From Eledone cirrhosa (lineage: Eukaryota), in the NCBI GenBank assembly GCA_964016885.1, contig OZ024742.1, positions 116,684,001 through 116,748,000 on the forward strand: a stretch of DNA of 64,000 nucleotides. The letters are read 5' to 3'. This document shows positions 28,715-39,825 of this stretch, piece after piece; the first letter of the stretch is position 1, and each line of letters starts with the position of its first letter. The position numbers and the translations under genes are program-made. The notes below the pieces were generated by a model. It was not told where the DNA came from. It was given only the letters and a program-made list of their open reading frames with translations, and made no database searches.

Positions 28715-29420
28715 TTTCATGTCTTTTGCACATGTGGGTTGATGTATAAGGTTTTCTGCAGCTGGATTCTCATCCTATCACCAATCACTTTAAATTATGC
28801 ACTGGATACGTTTATTATGTAGTTCGCCAACCGTGGTGAGGTTGTCACGACTTTAGCACAAATAAAATGTCCTTTTAAACCTTTTTGTCACACGTCTACA
28901 AAGGGGTGCCCTTCATATTTCCAACCACTTTACAGGATGTATGGGATGCATTTTTTATGACAGCACCACTAGAGAGGTTGTTGGTCATTGACTCAACTAA
29001 AGAGCTCTCTCTTCCCCTATGGGTGAGTTTGTGAGGGTAAATATGTCATGGTTTTGGCCAAATGAGGTGGGGTGATAGGATTTGAAAGGGTGATGAGTGG
29101 GAAAGGAGATATGAGGTCAGACTTTGTGTGAGGTACTGGTTGATTCTGGATAGAGTTTGGGAGGGATGGGGTGAGATCCTGGATAGAGTGTGCTTGGGGT
29201 GTGCAGTGATGTTGTGGGGTTCACCTTCATAAAGGTAGTCTTCATTACCTCATCCCATTTATTCCTTGGTCTACCTCTTCCATGGTTCCTTTCTAGTGAC
29301 ATTCCTCTGCCCTTCTTTATACAGCTGTTGTCTTCTGTATACATCACATGTTCATACCAATGCAGTCTTCTCTCCAACTCACTGCATCCAATTCCTCTCA
29401 TGCCAAATTATTCTTTCAGC
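28715..29420 (-). mobile_element. Degenerate RTE LINE 3' fragment
   Basis: ORF 29117-29401 reads ERRLHWYEHVMY..GRGRPRNKWDEV, with RTE-type UTR repeats to its left. Confidence 0.75.
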
Positions 29421-30991
29421 TTCTTGCCCAAGGGTACCCAAATTTTAATTATCCAATTACACACTCTGTTTATATCAATTACCTTGCCCACCCATTTCTC
29501 AACTAACAATATTAACATACTATCCACATAATCACTGCCACCCACTCAGAAGAAATTGTACTATTGTTTCTTGTCTGTGTTGAATCTGACTCCCCGCCCC
29601 CTCTCTTTTCAACATATCAATTCTTGCACACAGCATATTTCCATTCATCTCCACTCTTGAACACACAAACATACATACATAAATCTTGCTGCATGGTATC
29701 TTGGGCAAGTATTTTCTACTATAGGCTTGAGTTGCCTAATTCCTTGTGTGCAAACATATTGATGGTAATTGCAAATGCCTATTGTGTGTGTGTGTGTGCA
29801 CAATTCCATGCTTATGTTTGTATCTTATCTGTAGTTATGGTCTATATCTTAGATGTTCAACAAATAGCAATTGATAAAATATGTACCAGACATGAATACA
29901 TGTCTTGAGGTTGATATGATTGATTAAATAAGGGCAGTGCTCCAGCATGGCTGCAGTTTAATGACTGAAACCAATAAAAGAATAAAAGAATATGCAGATT
30001 TTTATCAGAGGTTATGGATGTATTGTATTGGCCATTTATTTTGAAGAGCCTTTGTCTGTACACTATATCAAATGAAGGCATACATGGACCATATATAATT
30101 TGTTTATGTATAATAACGATACATATATTCTTGTTGGGACTAATTATAAGAGTTATCATATTACATAGACCCCAGTACTTGTTTTAGTACTATATTTCAG
30201 GATTTTTATCTATCATTAGCAATGCTTACTCCAAGATACTGAGGTACAGAAGACTTGAAAATCATAAGATTTTGTAAGCAAACAATTTTTGTTGAATGCT
30301 TATTCACACATAATGTGAGCTTAAATGACATGTATCAATTAGCAATATCACTAACACAGCGTGCTTCAATTTTGTATTCACAATTCAACTTTGTTTATAT
30401 TTTAACACTAATCTGTATAAAAGTTTTCTGAATGTAGTTGAAGCCAGTTGAATATTTTGATAGTCTCCTGATAATAGAAATTATCTTTCTAACTCATATC
30501 GCACAAATCTTTCTTCTTTTTTTGGTATTGATAACCTAATTATCATTTATTCCAGAAGGCAGGTACACTTCCAATTTCTGAAACATGTATATATATCTAC
30601 TGGAATCTAATGATCATTATTCCTCTATATTTAAACAAAAGAATATTTAACAATATCATTGTTATTAAGAAGAAAATATTTTAGCTTATTGATTTACTAC
30701 TATGTAACATTCTACTAGTTTGGTATAACACAAATATGAATTTCTATACATATACATTTATACATAATTGAATATATATATTGTGTTATAAGATGCTAAC
30801 TAACTATATATATATAGTATTAATAATAAATGTGAAGACTAAAATCTGAACATGCTCGATAAGGATAATACATATATTAGTTCAGAAGATCCTGTTAAGG
30901 GTGAAAGCAAAGATTCTCTGCTTAAACTTTAATCTGTTATTTATATATATATATATAGATAGATAGATATATAGATATGTATAGATATATA

Positions 30992-31290
30992 TCATCATTT
31001 CAATTAACGTCCACTTTTCCCTGCTTGCAAGGGTGGGACGGAAACTGATTCTGGGTTGATTTCTACAGCAGGATGCCCTTCCTAACACCAACCTCATTTA
31101 CAGTGAGTGCTGGGTGCTTTTTTGCCGTGGCACCTCCACGACCACTTTGCAGTGGAATGATAGGGACTGGGGTCCCTATCATCTCATTTCTACAGCTGAG
31201 TAAACTGGAGTAATGTGAAATAAAGTGTCTTGCTCAAGGAAACAACACATCACCCGGTCTGAGAATTGAACTCACAACCTTTCGGTTGCA
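30992..31290 (-). mobile_element. tRNA-headed SINE with RTE-derived 3' tail
   Basis: Minus strand: tRNA-like head (GAGTTCAATTCTC), ccttgagcaagacacttt core, then the RTE 3' UTR and (ATG)n tail. Similar copy at 39826-40126. Confidence 0.82.
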
Positions 31291-31299
31291 AGGCCAATG

Positions 31300-31418
<119 letters not shown>

Positions 31419-31441
31419 ATACATATATATATATATATATA

Positions 31442-32377
31442 TCATCATCATCATCATCAACGTTTAACGTCCGTGTTCCACGCTTGCATGGGTTTGGACG
31501 GGGGTATTCCCACTTGAGGCAAGAGTGATTGTCTTGCTCGCATAGGACTGTCTGGCAGGTTTTCTACAGTTGGATGCCCTTCCTAACACCAACCACATTT
31601 ACGGTGTGGGTCTGGGAGGTTTTTACCGTGTTGCCTACATGGCCACATTCAGCGTGGACTGTGTGTTTTTTTGTCGTGACACCTACACGATCTCATTTGT
31701 TTCGGCCTGGATGGTGTGGCACCAACACAACTTTACATAGAAGGGGGCGGTGTGGATGGGGTGGGGGTGGTGGGATGGGGGTGTATTTTGTTAGAGATGC
31801 CTACTGACTGTAGTAGGTTTTACTTTGTATTTAGGTAAGGCGGGTCTTCTCTATTACTGAGTACCGCCAAAGGTCTCGGTCCAGTGACATTGTCTTGGTG
31901 AGGTGTAAGTGTGTGAGGTCGGAGTTTATCAGCTCGTCCCAGGTTTTTCTGGGTCTGCCTATTCCGTGGCTACCGTCTATCTTTATTGCCCTGCACTTTG
32001 TTATACAGCTATCATCCTTCATGCGCATCACGTGACCATACCAACGTAGCCTTCTCTCTCGTAAACAACATCTGATCCCTCTTATTTCTAATTTTTTCCT
32101 TAGTTCGTTTATGCTTTGTCGTTCACGTATATTACTATTACACATCCAGTGGAGCATGCAAGCTTCGTTTCTCTCTAGTCTGCGTATATCCTCTGCACAC
32201 AATGCCCAGGTCTCACTGCCATGCAACATTGCTGTTCGTATGCAGGCATCGTACAGTCTGCTTTTCATTTTTAGGGAGAACCCTTTAGCGGCTAATAGTG
32301 GTATAAGCTCTCTGATCTTTTTCCACCCAGTTCTGACTCTAGCTACTGTACTTTCAGAGCACCCTCCGCCACTGCTG
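31442..32377 (-). mobile_element. 5'-truncated RTE LINE (second subfamily)
   Basis: ORF 31831-32268 reads RLYDACIRTAMLHGSETW..RRLRWYGHVMRM. (CAT)n tail, flanked by long (TA)n. Confidence 0.93.
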
Positions 32378-32393
32378 ATATATATATATATAC

Positions 32394-32460
<67 letters not shown>

Positions 32461-32465
<5 letters not shown>

Positions 32466-32580
32466 AAAAAGAGACGAAATCGAAAATGCAACTGGAGTCT
32501 TATTTTTTTTTTTTTAAATATATATATTTTTTTTAAAATAAGACTCCAGTTGCATTTTCGATTTCATCTCTTTTTCTTTA
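32461..32580. repeat. Inverted repeat with 46-bp arms (32461-32506 / 32535-32580), 1 mismatch
   Basis: Direct reverse-complement match around an AT-only spacer. Confidence 0.92.
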
Positions 32581-32637
32581 TACTTTCACTCGTGTAGGAC
32601 ACCTCGGTTATTTTTCATTTTGTAAAAAAAACCTCAC

Positions 32638-32708
<71 letters not shown>

Positions 32709-32750
32709 TATACATATACACGGGTGTGTATGATTGTGTATAGACGATTT

Positions 32751-33034
32751 TATTAATAAAAGGAATTCCAACTTTGTCTGATTTACTCATTTTATTTACA
32801 ATCCTTTAAAATGTATAATGGTATTAGAATGAAATAGTATGGTAGAATATTAAATGTTAAGTGTTAATTGAACAAGTACTTTCATTCTTTTGCAATCTTG
32901 AGGTTCATATTCTGTGGTGACAGTCAAGTTTGCAATTTTCTACCATACTATTTCATTCTAATACCATTATACATTTTAAAGGATTGTAAATAAAACGAGT
33001 AAATCAGACAAAGTTAGAATTCCTTTTATTAATA
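32751..33034. repeat. Inverted repeat with 97-bp arms (32751-32847 / 32938-33034), 2 mismatches, 90-bp spacer
   Basis: Direct reverse-complement match. Foldback/MITE-like or an inverted retro-insertion. Confidence 0.92.
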
Positions 33035-33047
33035 TATATATATATGT

Positions 33048-33182
33048 ATCATCATCATCATCATCATCATCATTTTACGTCCGCTTTTCCCTGCTTGCAA
33101 GGGTGGGACGGGTCTTATTCAGCACAGCATCTCTCCACTCGTCATGGTCCCTCGTCATCTCCACCGGGAGGGTCATGTTGCC
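33048..33182 (-). mobile_element. Short RTE 3' end (third subfamily, ORF runs into the tail)
   Basis: Minus translation NMTLPVEMTRDHDEWRDAVLNKTRPTLASREKRT*, then (ATG)n. Confidence 0.8.
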
Positions 33183-33184
33183 AA

Positions 33185-33680
33185 TAAGAAACTCACGCAC
33201 CAGTTGCTTTCACTCCAATTTAGTATAAATTAAATTATAAATTTAAAAATTTATAAATTTCCGGTTGGTTGGTTGGTTACACAACCGGATGGGTGTTCAT
33301 ATATTGTCAAAGTTCTTTCGTCAAACATTCTGTGACCTCTTCAGTGACTGGGATTCTTTTCTTTGTTTTCCCATTATGCCAAACTCATGACTTCCAAATA
33401 TCTGATCCACTGAAACTCAGCTCTTTCGGATCACACCAAAATCAACATATTGATTGTGGATTTAGTACGAGTGATGAGAAACGTGTCCCGCATGTGCAAA
33501 CCCAAAGAACGAGAGAGACACATACAACACTTCATCCACCATATGCAGTTCTCTGGTTACAATCAGAGAGATAAAATCAGAGTATATAGAGGAGCCAGAA
33601 CCAAATGGGAAAAATTGGTAAATAATGATACAAGTGGGACACAGGGAACTGGAATAATAGTTAGTTTGAAACTGTAATGC
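33185..33680. mobile_element. Penelope-like element relic: inverted pLTR with HHR (minus) abutting a 5'-truncated RT-thumb ORF fragment (plus)
   Basis: ORF 33450-33677 DLVRVMRNVSR..HFIHHMQFSGYNQRDKIRVY resembles the PLE RT C-terminal R..RN.S...F...M..SGY motif. A minus-strand HHR lies at 33306-33348. Confidence 0.62.
33306..33348 (-). ncRNA. Minimal type I hammerhead ribozyme, slightly degenerate
   Basis: Minus strand: gtca-CTGAAGA-g gtca cagaatgtt tgac-GAAA-gaac tt-tgac. Stem I gtca/tgac, stem II gtca/tgac. Confidence 0.6.
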
Positions 33681-35517
33681 TTCTGCCAATTCATAACCTA
33701 TAAATTGTAACTAGAAAGCCAATAAACACATATACTCATATATATAAAGATATATACTTATCATCACCACTCTTTAACGTCTATTTTCCATGCTTGCATG
33801 GGTTGGATGGGTTGTCACACAATGAGGTCAGACCAGTCAGGTGACCATATCCTGCTTACACATTCACTTTTGGCTTGATTTCTATGGCCCGATGCCTTTC
33901 TCAATGCTAACACTTCACATCATATATTAGAAGCATGATTTCTATGGTTTGATGTCCTTCTTAACACTAACTACTTCACAGCATGTACTGAATAAGTTTT
34001 ATTGGGACTCTGGCAGTGCCATTTTACAGAGTGGAAAGAGTGCTTTTCATTGTGTTGGCAGTGCTACGATCTTACAGAGCGGACTAGGAAGATTATATCA
34101 TAGAACCAGGATTACCTCATTACAAAACTATGATGCTCTGTGTCCTTGGTCTGGCTGGGGGATAACCATGCAAGTCACAGATAACATTGCAAAATTAGCA
34201 AATGATACAAAGACACCATGGTTTTTGGCTGGCAAAATGGACATACAGTTTTGACCTCAACCAACAGTATTACTGGTCCATTTGGGGGTCACAACGTCAA
34301 ACAAGTACACAGCTTTTTGAGAATATGATGAAGGAATGTAACATCTGGAGAGATGCCGGTTTAAGAAGGACCCATCCAACCCATGCCAGCATGGAAAAGT
34401 AGACGTCAAATGATGATGTTGATGTTTATGGCTATTTTATGGAATACAAACATATATAGTTGTGTATATAGATATTTGAAGATGTCTCATGGCTAGAAAT
34501 AGCAGAATCTTCCTCAAACTATACTTTACCAACATAAATAGAGGAAAAAAAAAACACTAGATAATATAATTTCCTCACAACCCCATGGAACAACTGGATG
34601 ATAGCAGCTAGGGGCTTTTGATAATATGCCTGCACTTTGTAAGATAACTTAATGCTAAACAATAAGATCACATAGTGTTAGAGTTTTTTGATGCTTTGTA
34701 GATTATAGAAAATGGAATAATGCTGAGGAAAATTTTTTTTATTTTTTATTTCAATCCATTGAATACCAAAGTTCTGTAACTTATGGATTTTTAATGACTT
34801 AAATATGGTGCTGATACTTTATACGAAACACAAAAACAAGTCTGTTATTATAATTTCACAGAAAACCACCAATTCGCCATGGGTATTTATATTTGATATG
34901 CAAGCGCTAACAATGATAACACAATCTAAATACAAAAGTCATAAAGGAGAAAAGAAATAGAATCCTGCATGATATATATATATATATGAAGATGGAATAA
35001 TAAAGTCTTTTAGAATGAGGTTTTATATGGCATACACTTAACACACAAACGCACTCACAAGTATATGTCATCATCATCATGTACCATCCACTAACATTGG
35101 GTTCGATGGGTCATCTCAGTCTAGGTCAGCACATGAATTTCATTCCTGGCTTTATTTCACATTTCTCCAATCCACACTGCTGTCAAAAAGGAATTGTACC
35201 TGCCTTGTCACATAACCTTTCAAGCTGAATCTCTCTAAGTATTATATTAGACAGATGTCTGTAGAATGTTCATCACTGGTACAATAATTCTATCAGCAGG
35301 TTGTGCCCTTGATCAGACAACTGGAACTCTTGTTGTCAGAAAAAATGGAATTCCAACACCAACACTATAAATGTGTGAATGAATGTGTGTGTGTGTGTGT
35401 ATATATATATAATATAAAACTTGTTTTATATTATATCACACTCTGCTCTGTAAGAACATAAAGTGCTCAACCAGCATACCACCTATGGAAGCATCTTAGC
35501 TACGATTCAGACACACA

Positions 35518-35590
<73 letters not shown>

Positions 35591-36119
35591 GCATATAAGT
35601 ATGCATATATGTGTGTGTATGTGTGGTTGTATATATGTATGTGAAAGTGGATGCACAATAGTGATGGCGATGTTGATACGTACATATATATATTCATGCG
35701 TGTGTAGTCAAGTGAATGTGTAGATCCCAGTGAATACAATACAGTGGAGTATAATTCAATATACAAAACTCACATTTTAAAAACGCTGCCATTTGGCATC
35801 ACAGTGAGCCAAACAGATATCAGCATATCACAAAGCTAAAAACCCAGTTGTATAACTAATAACTGGATGGCATAACCACAACTAAGTGCGCAAAGAATGA
35901 TACTTATTATATATCACATTTTTTTAATATATCTTTACTTTTTTTATTACAATTTCTGATTCCATATCCAACTTTGTAAAACATCTGTTCTAGATGTTTG
36001 TTCCATTGAGGAAATTTTGATGCAAATACACCAGTCATATATTGTGCAACATTGATATGATCATATAGATAGACACTAATAAACACACACTCACATGCAC
36101 ATACACACAGATATATATG

Positions 36120-36151
<32 letters not shown>

Positions 36152-36589
36152 CATATATATGTATATATATATGATGGCTGCCACCTCGTTATCAAGTATG
36201 ACCATTGCACGTAATACCATTAGTAATAATTATTAATTAATTCTACCGTGAAATGCATGTGCATTAAGATATTTTTTAAAGTGAGGAAAGACTGTGCACT
36301 GAGCCTATCCCACTCTCTGTGCGACAGTAGCTATAACTCGAAAAGAAGAAAAGAGCAGCATCATCAGTAACTACTGAGACGCAGGTTTTATATCGGAGTT
36401 ATCCCAGTTTCCTGAGTTGCCTTCTCCTAGAAGAATACCCTGACAAAGGCTATGGGTCCTTCACTCCCAGTGGTTTAACTGCACGATCAGGTGTCCAGCC
36501 CGACTTTTTCTATGTACATGCACCCATGTGTATACACATATAGATATACATACATATTTAAGTGCATATATACATATTTACACACATTT

Positions 36590-36780
36590 GGATGGCTGTT
36601 GACTCTTATGAGTTCTTCCGCCCTTTGTAAGGTTTTGTTTTTTGTCCTGCAGGGTGTCCAAAATCACCCTCCTCACCAAGTAAACTTGTTGGGTTTGTCG
36701 GTTTAGTTGCCAACGAACCGACCATGCAACAAGTTGTACTGGGTTATATGTTATCAGTAGCACTCAAGGGTGACCCGACA
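36590..36780 (-). mobile_element. Interspersed repeat with a diverged copy at ~50200-50380 on the opposite strand
   Basis: Shared taacccagtacaacttgt..catggtcgg..ggtgaggagggt. Family not identified. Confidence 0.6.
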
Positions 36781-37184
36781 TATGTATATATATATATACA
36801 TACATTTGTATATATATATATATGCGTATATATATACATACATATATATATACACACATATGTATATATATACATATGTATATATATAGATGTATATATA
36901 TATACATACATATATGTATATATATATATATATATACATATGTATATATATATGTATATATATATACATACATATGTATATATATGTATATATATTCTTA
37001 CATATATATATATATATATATATTTACATATTTATATATATATACATACATATGTATATACACATATATATATATATATATGTGAATATAGACATAGAAT
37101 ATTCGAAAATATTCTGTATGTTTATAATAAACATTTTGAAGACCTAATCGCTATAGAATAGAATACGTCACGTATTACAATTAG

Positions 37185-37273
37185 ATTCTCGATAAAAGCA
37201 AGGGAAGTAATCTACGCGTTTCATTCTTGTTAGAAATCATCAGGACCACATATCCAGTGCTTTTATCGAGAAT
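37185..37273 (-). ncRNA. Type I hammerhead ribozyme, copy 1
   Basis: Exact reverse complement of 38022-38110. Predicted cleavage between 37213 and 37212. Confidence 0.9.
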
Positions 37274-37494
37274 GACACAGCTAGAGACTTATAGAATACT
37301 TAGCTGTGTACAGGAACTGGTTTGAAAGAACGGTTGCCGGTCCGGCAGAAATTAGAAATTGGAATAAATGCTCTGAAATAGCGATATATATGTGAATATA
37401 GACATAGAATATTCGAAAATATTCTGTATGTTTATAATAAACATTTTGAAGACCTAATCGCTATAGAATAGAATACGTCACGTATTACAATTAG

Positions 37495-37583
37495 ATTCTC
37501 GATAAAAGCAAGGGAAGTAATCTACGCGTTTCATTCTTGTTAGAAATCATCAGGACCACATATCCAGTGCTTTTATCGAGAAT
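37495..37583 (-). ncRNA. Type I hammerhead ribozyme, copy 2
   Basis: Identical to copy 1, offset +310 bp. Confidence 0.9.
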
Positions 37584-37804
37584 GACACAGCTAGAGACTT
37601 ATAGAATACTTAGCTGTGTACAGGAACTGGTTTGAAAGAGCGGTTGCCGGTCCGGCAGAAATTAGAAATTGGAATAAATGCTCTGAAATAGCGATATATA
37701 TGTGAATATAGACATAGAATATTCGAAAATATTCTGTATGTTTATAATAAACATTTTGAAGACCTAATCGCTATAGAATAGAATACGTCACGTATTACAA
37801 TTAG

Positions 37805-37893
37805 ATTCTCGATAAAAGCAAGGGAAGTAATCTACGCGTTTCATTCTTGTTAGAAATCATCAGGACCACATATCCAGTGCTTTTATCGAGAAT
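37805..37893 (-). ncRNA. Type I hammerhead ribozyme, copy 3
   Basis: Identical to copy 1, offset +620 bp. Confidence 0.9.
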
Positions 37894-38021
37894 GACACAG
37901 CTAGAGACTTATAGAATACTTAGCTGTGTACAGGAACTGGTTTGAAAGAGCGGTTGCCGGTCCGGCAGAAATTAGAAATTCCTGTACACAGCTAAGTATT
38001 CTATAAGTCTCTAGCTGTGTC

Positions 38022-38110
38022 ATTCTCGATAAAAGCACTGGATATGTGGTCCTGATGATTTCTAACAAGAATGAAACGCGTAGATTACTTCCCTTGCTTT
38101 TATCGAGAAT
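38022..38110 (+). ncRNA. Type I hammerhead ribozyme, copy 4
   Basis: attctcgataaaagca-ctggatat-gtggtc-CTGATGA-t ttct aaca agaa t-GAAA-cgc GTA|gattac-ttccct-tgcttttatcgagaat. Stem I gtggtc/gattac plus a perfect 16-bp distal stem; palindromic stem III acgcgt. Predicted cleavage after 38082. Confidence 0.92.
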
Positions 38111-38331
38111 CTAATTGTAATACGTGACGTATTCTATTCTATAGCGATTAGGTCTTCAAAATGTTTATTATAAACATACAGAATATTTTCGAATATTCTA
38201 TGTCTATATTCACATATATATCGCTATTTCAGAGCATTTATTCCAATTTCTAATTTCTGCCGGACCGGCAACCGCTCTTTCAAACCAGTTCCTGTACACA
38301 GCTAAGTATTCTATAAGTCTCTAGCTGTGTC

Positions 38332-38420
38332 ATTCTCGATAAAAGCACTGGATATGTGGTCCTGATGATTTCTAACAAGAATGAAACGCGTAGATTACTT
38401 CCCTTGCTTTTATCGAGAAT
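38332..38420 (+). ncRNA. Type I hammerhead ribozyme, copy 5
   Basis: Identical to copy 4. Predicted cleavage after 38392. Confidence 0.92.
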
Positions 38421-38641
38421 CTAATTGTAATACGTGACGTATTCTATTCTATAGCGATTAGGTCTTCAAAATGTTTATTATAAACATACAGAATATTTTC
38501 GAATATTCTATGTCTATATTCACATATATATCGCTATTTCAGAGCATTTATTCCAATTTCTAATTTCTGCCGGACCGGCAACCGCTCTTTCAAACCAGTT
38601 CCTGTACACAGCTAAGTATTCTATAAGTCTCTAGCTGTGTC

Positions 38642-38730
38642 ATTCTCGATAAAAGCACTGGATATGTGGTCCTGATGATTTCTAACAAGAATGAAACGCG
38701 TAGATTACTTCCCTTGCTTTTATCGAGAAT
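38642..38730 (+). ncRNA. Type I hammerhead ribozyme, copy 6
   Basis: Identical to copy 4. Predicted cleavage after 38702. Confidence 0.92.
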
Positions 38731-38861
38731 CTAATTGTAATACGTGACGTATTCTATTCTATAGCGATTAGGTCTTCAAAATGTTTATTATAAACATACA
38801 GAATATTTTCGAATATTCTATGTCTATATTCACATATATATCGCTATTTCAGAGCATTTAT

Positions 38862-38922
<61 letters not shown>

Positions 38923-38998
38923 AGCAAAGAGTTTTGTTGGTAATTCAACAAATATATATATTTATAACTGATTCAAAGCACTCAATATAATACATAGC

Positions 38999-39148
38999 AA
39001 CAATTTCTTTCCATCGCACATATTATTAAACCCTTCAATGTTCAAACCTTAACTTAACATTATTCTTAATACATATTAACAATTTCTTTCCATCGCACAT
39101 ATTATTAAACCCTTCAATATACAAACCTTAATTTAACATTATTCTTAA
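38999..39148. repeat. Tandem duplication, 79-bp period, 2 copies
   Basis: caatttctttccatcgcacatattattaaacccttcaat..aaaccttaa.ttaacattattcttaa occurs at 39001 and 39080. Confidence 0.9.
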
Positions 39149-39479
39149 ATGTTTCTCTTCGTTAATTTTCAAATTCTTTTAATTTATATATTATCTTCCA
39201 ACGGTTTTTTAACCTCTCTCTGTAAAACAATATATTTTTCTCAGTTATAAAAGCTATCTCTCGCTCTCTGTCACCCATCTCTCCTCCTATCTCATCCTTC
39301 CTTATTATACTCCTCCCCCTCCATTCTTTACTCTCATCTCCTCCTCTTTTTCATCCTCTCCACCACCAACCCCTCAATTTTTTTCACAATATCACACATC
39401 AATCTAAAACTACTTTTCATATGTTGATTTAAATCTGCACTATTCACAAGTGTTTTTTAACCTTCATATCATGTCTCCC

Positions 39480-39550
39480 TATTTCATCTGACGAAAACGC
39501 AAATGTCATCGCATGATGATATTTGTTTTTGAAATGTGCATAATAAAATA
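39480..39550 (+). ncRNA. Penelope-type type I hammerhead ribozyme with long stem II
   Basis: tatttcat-CTGACGA-aaacgcaaatgtcatc gcat gatgatatttgttttt-GAAA-tgtgc ATA|ataaaata. Stem II pairs at 15/16 positions, stem I at 7/8. Confidence 0.72.
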
Positions 39551-39662
39551 CATGGAACTCTTTTAACTACAAACTGTAAAGTGCTACTTATCCGATATCT
39601 GCATTGTTGTACTAAAATAAAACTCACCTCCTACATATATATACATATACATATATATATAC

Positions 39663-39707
<45 letters not shown>

Positions 39708-39825
39708 CATATAAATATATATATATATATATATACACATATATATATATACATATATATATATATACATACATATATACATATATACATATATATACAT
39801 ATATACATATATATATACATATATA

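Larger units (their letters stand above)
37074..38867. mobile_element. 310-bp tandem array (~2.9 units minus, then ~2.9 units plus) with one HHR per unit; non-LTR retrozyme-like
   Basis: Exact 310-bp period (37081/37391/37701; 37981/38291/38601). Inversion at 37980. Only one substitution seen between units (37330). Embedded in (TA)n. Confidence 0.93.

Noticed and set aside
36724-37161. Many YI/CV/HT-repeat ORFs here and throughout the window
   Set aside because: They are translations of (TA)n/(CA)n microsatellites.
37074-38867. CRISPR-like or simple satellite interpretation of the array
   Set aside because: Units are identical along their whole length with no unique spacers, and there are no cas genes. 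The embedded HHR and breakpoint geometry favour an RNA-derived element.
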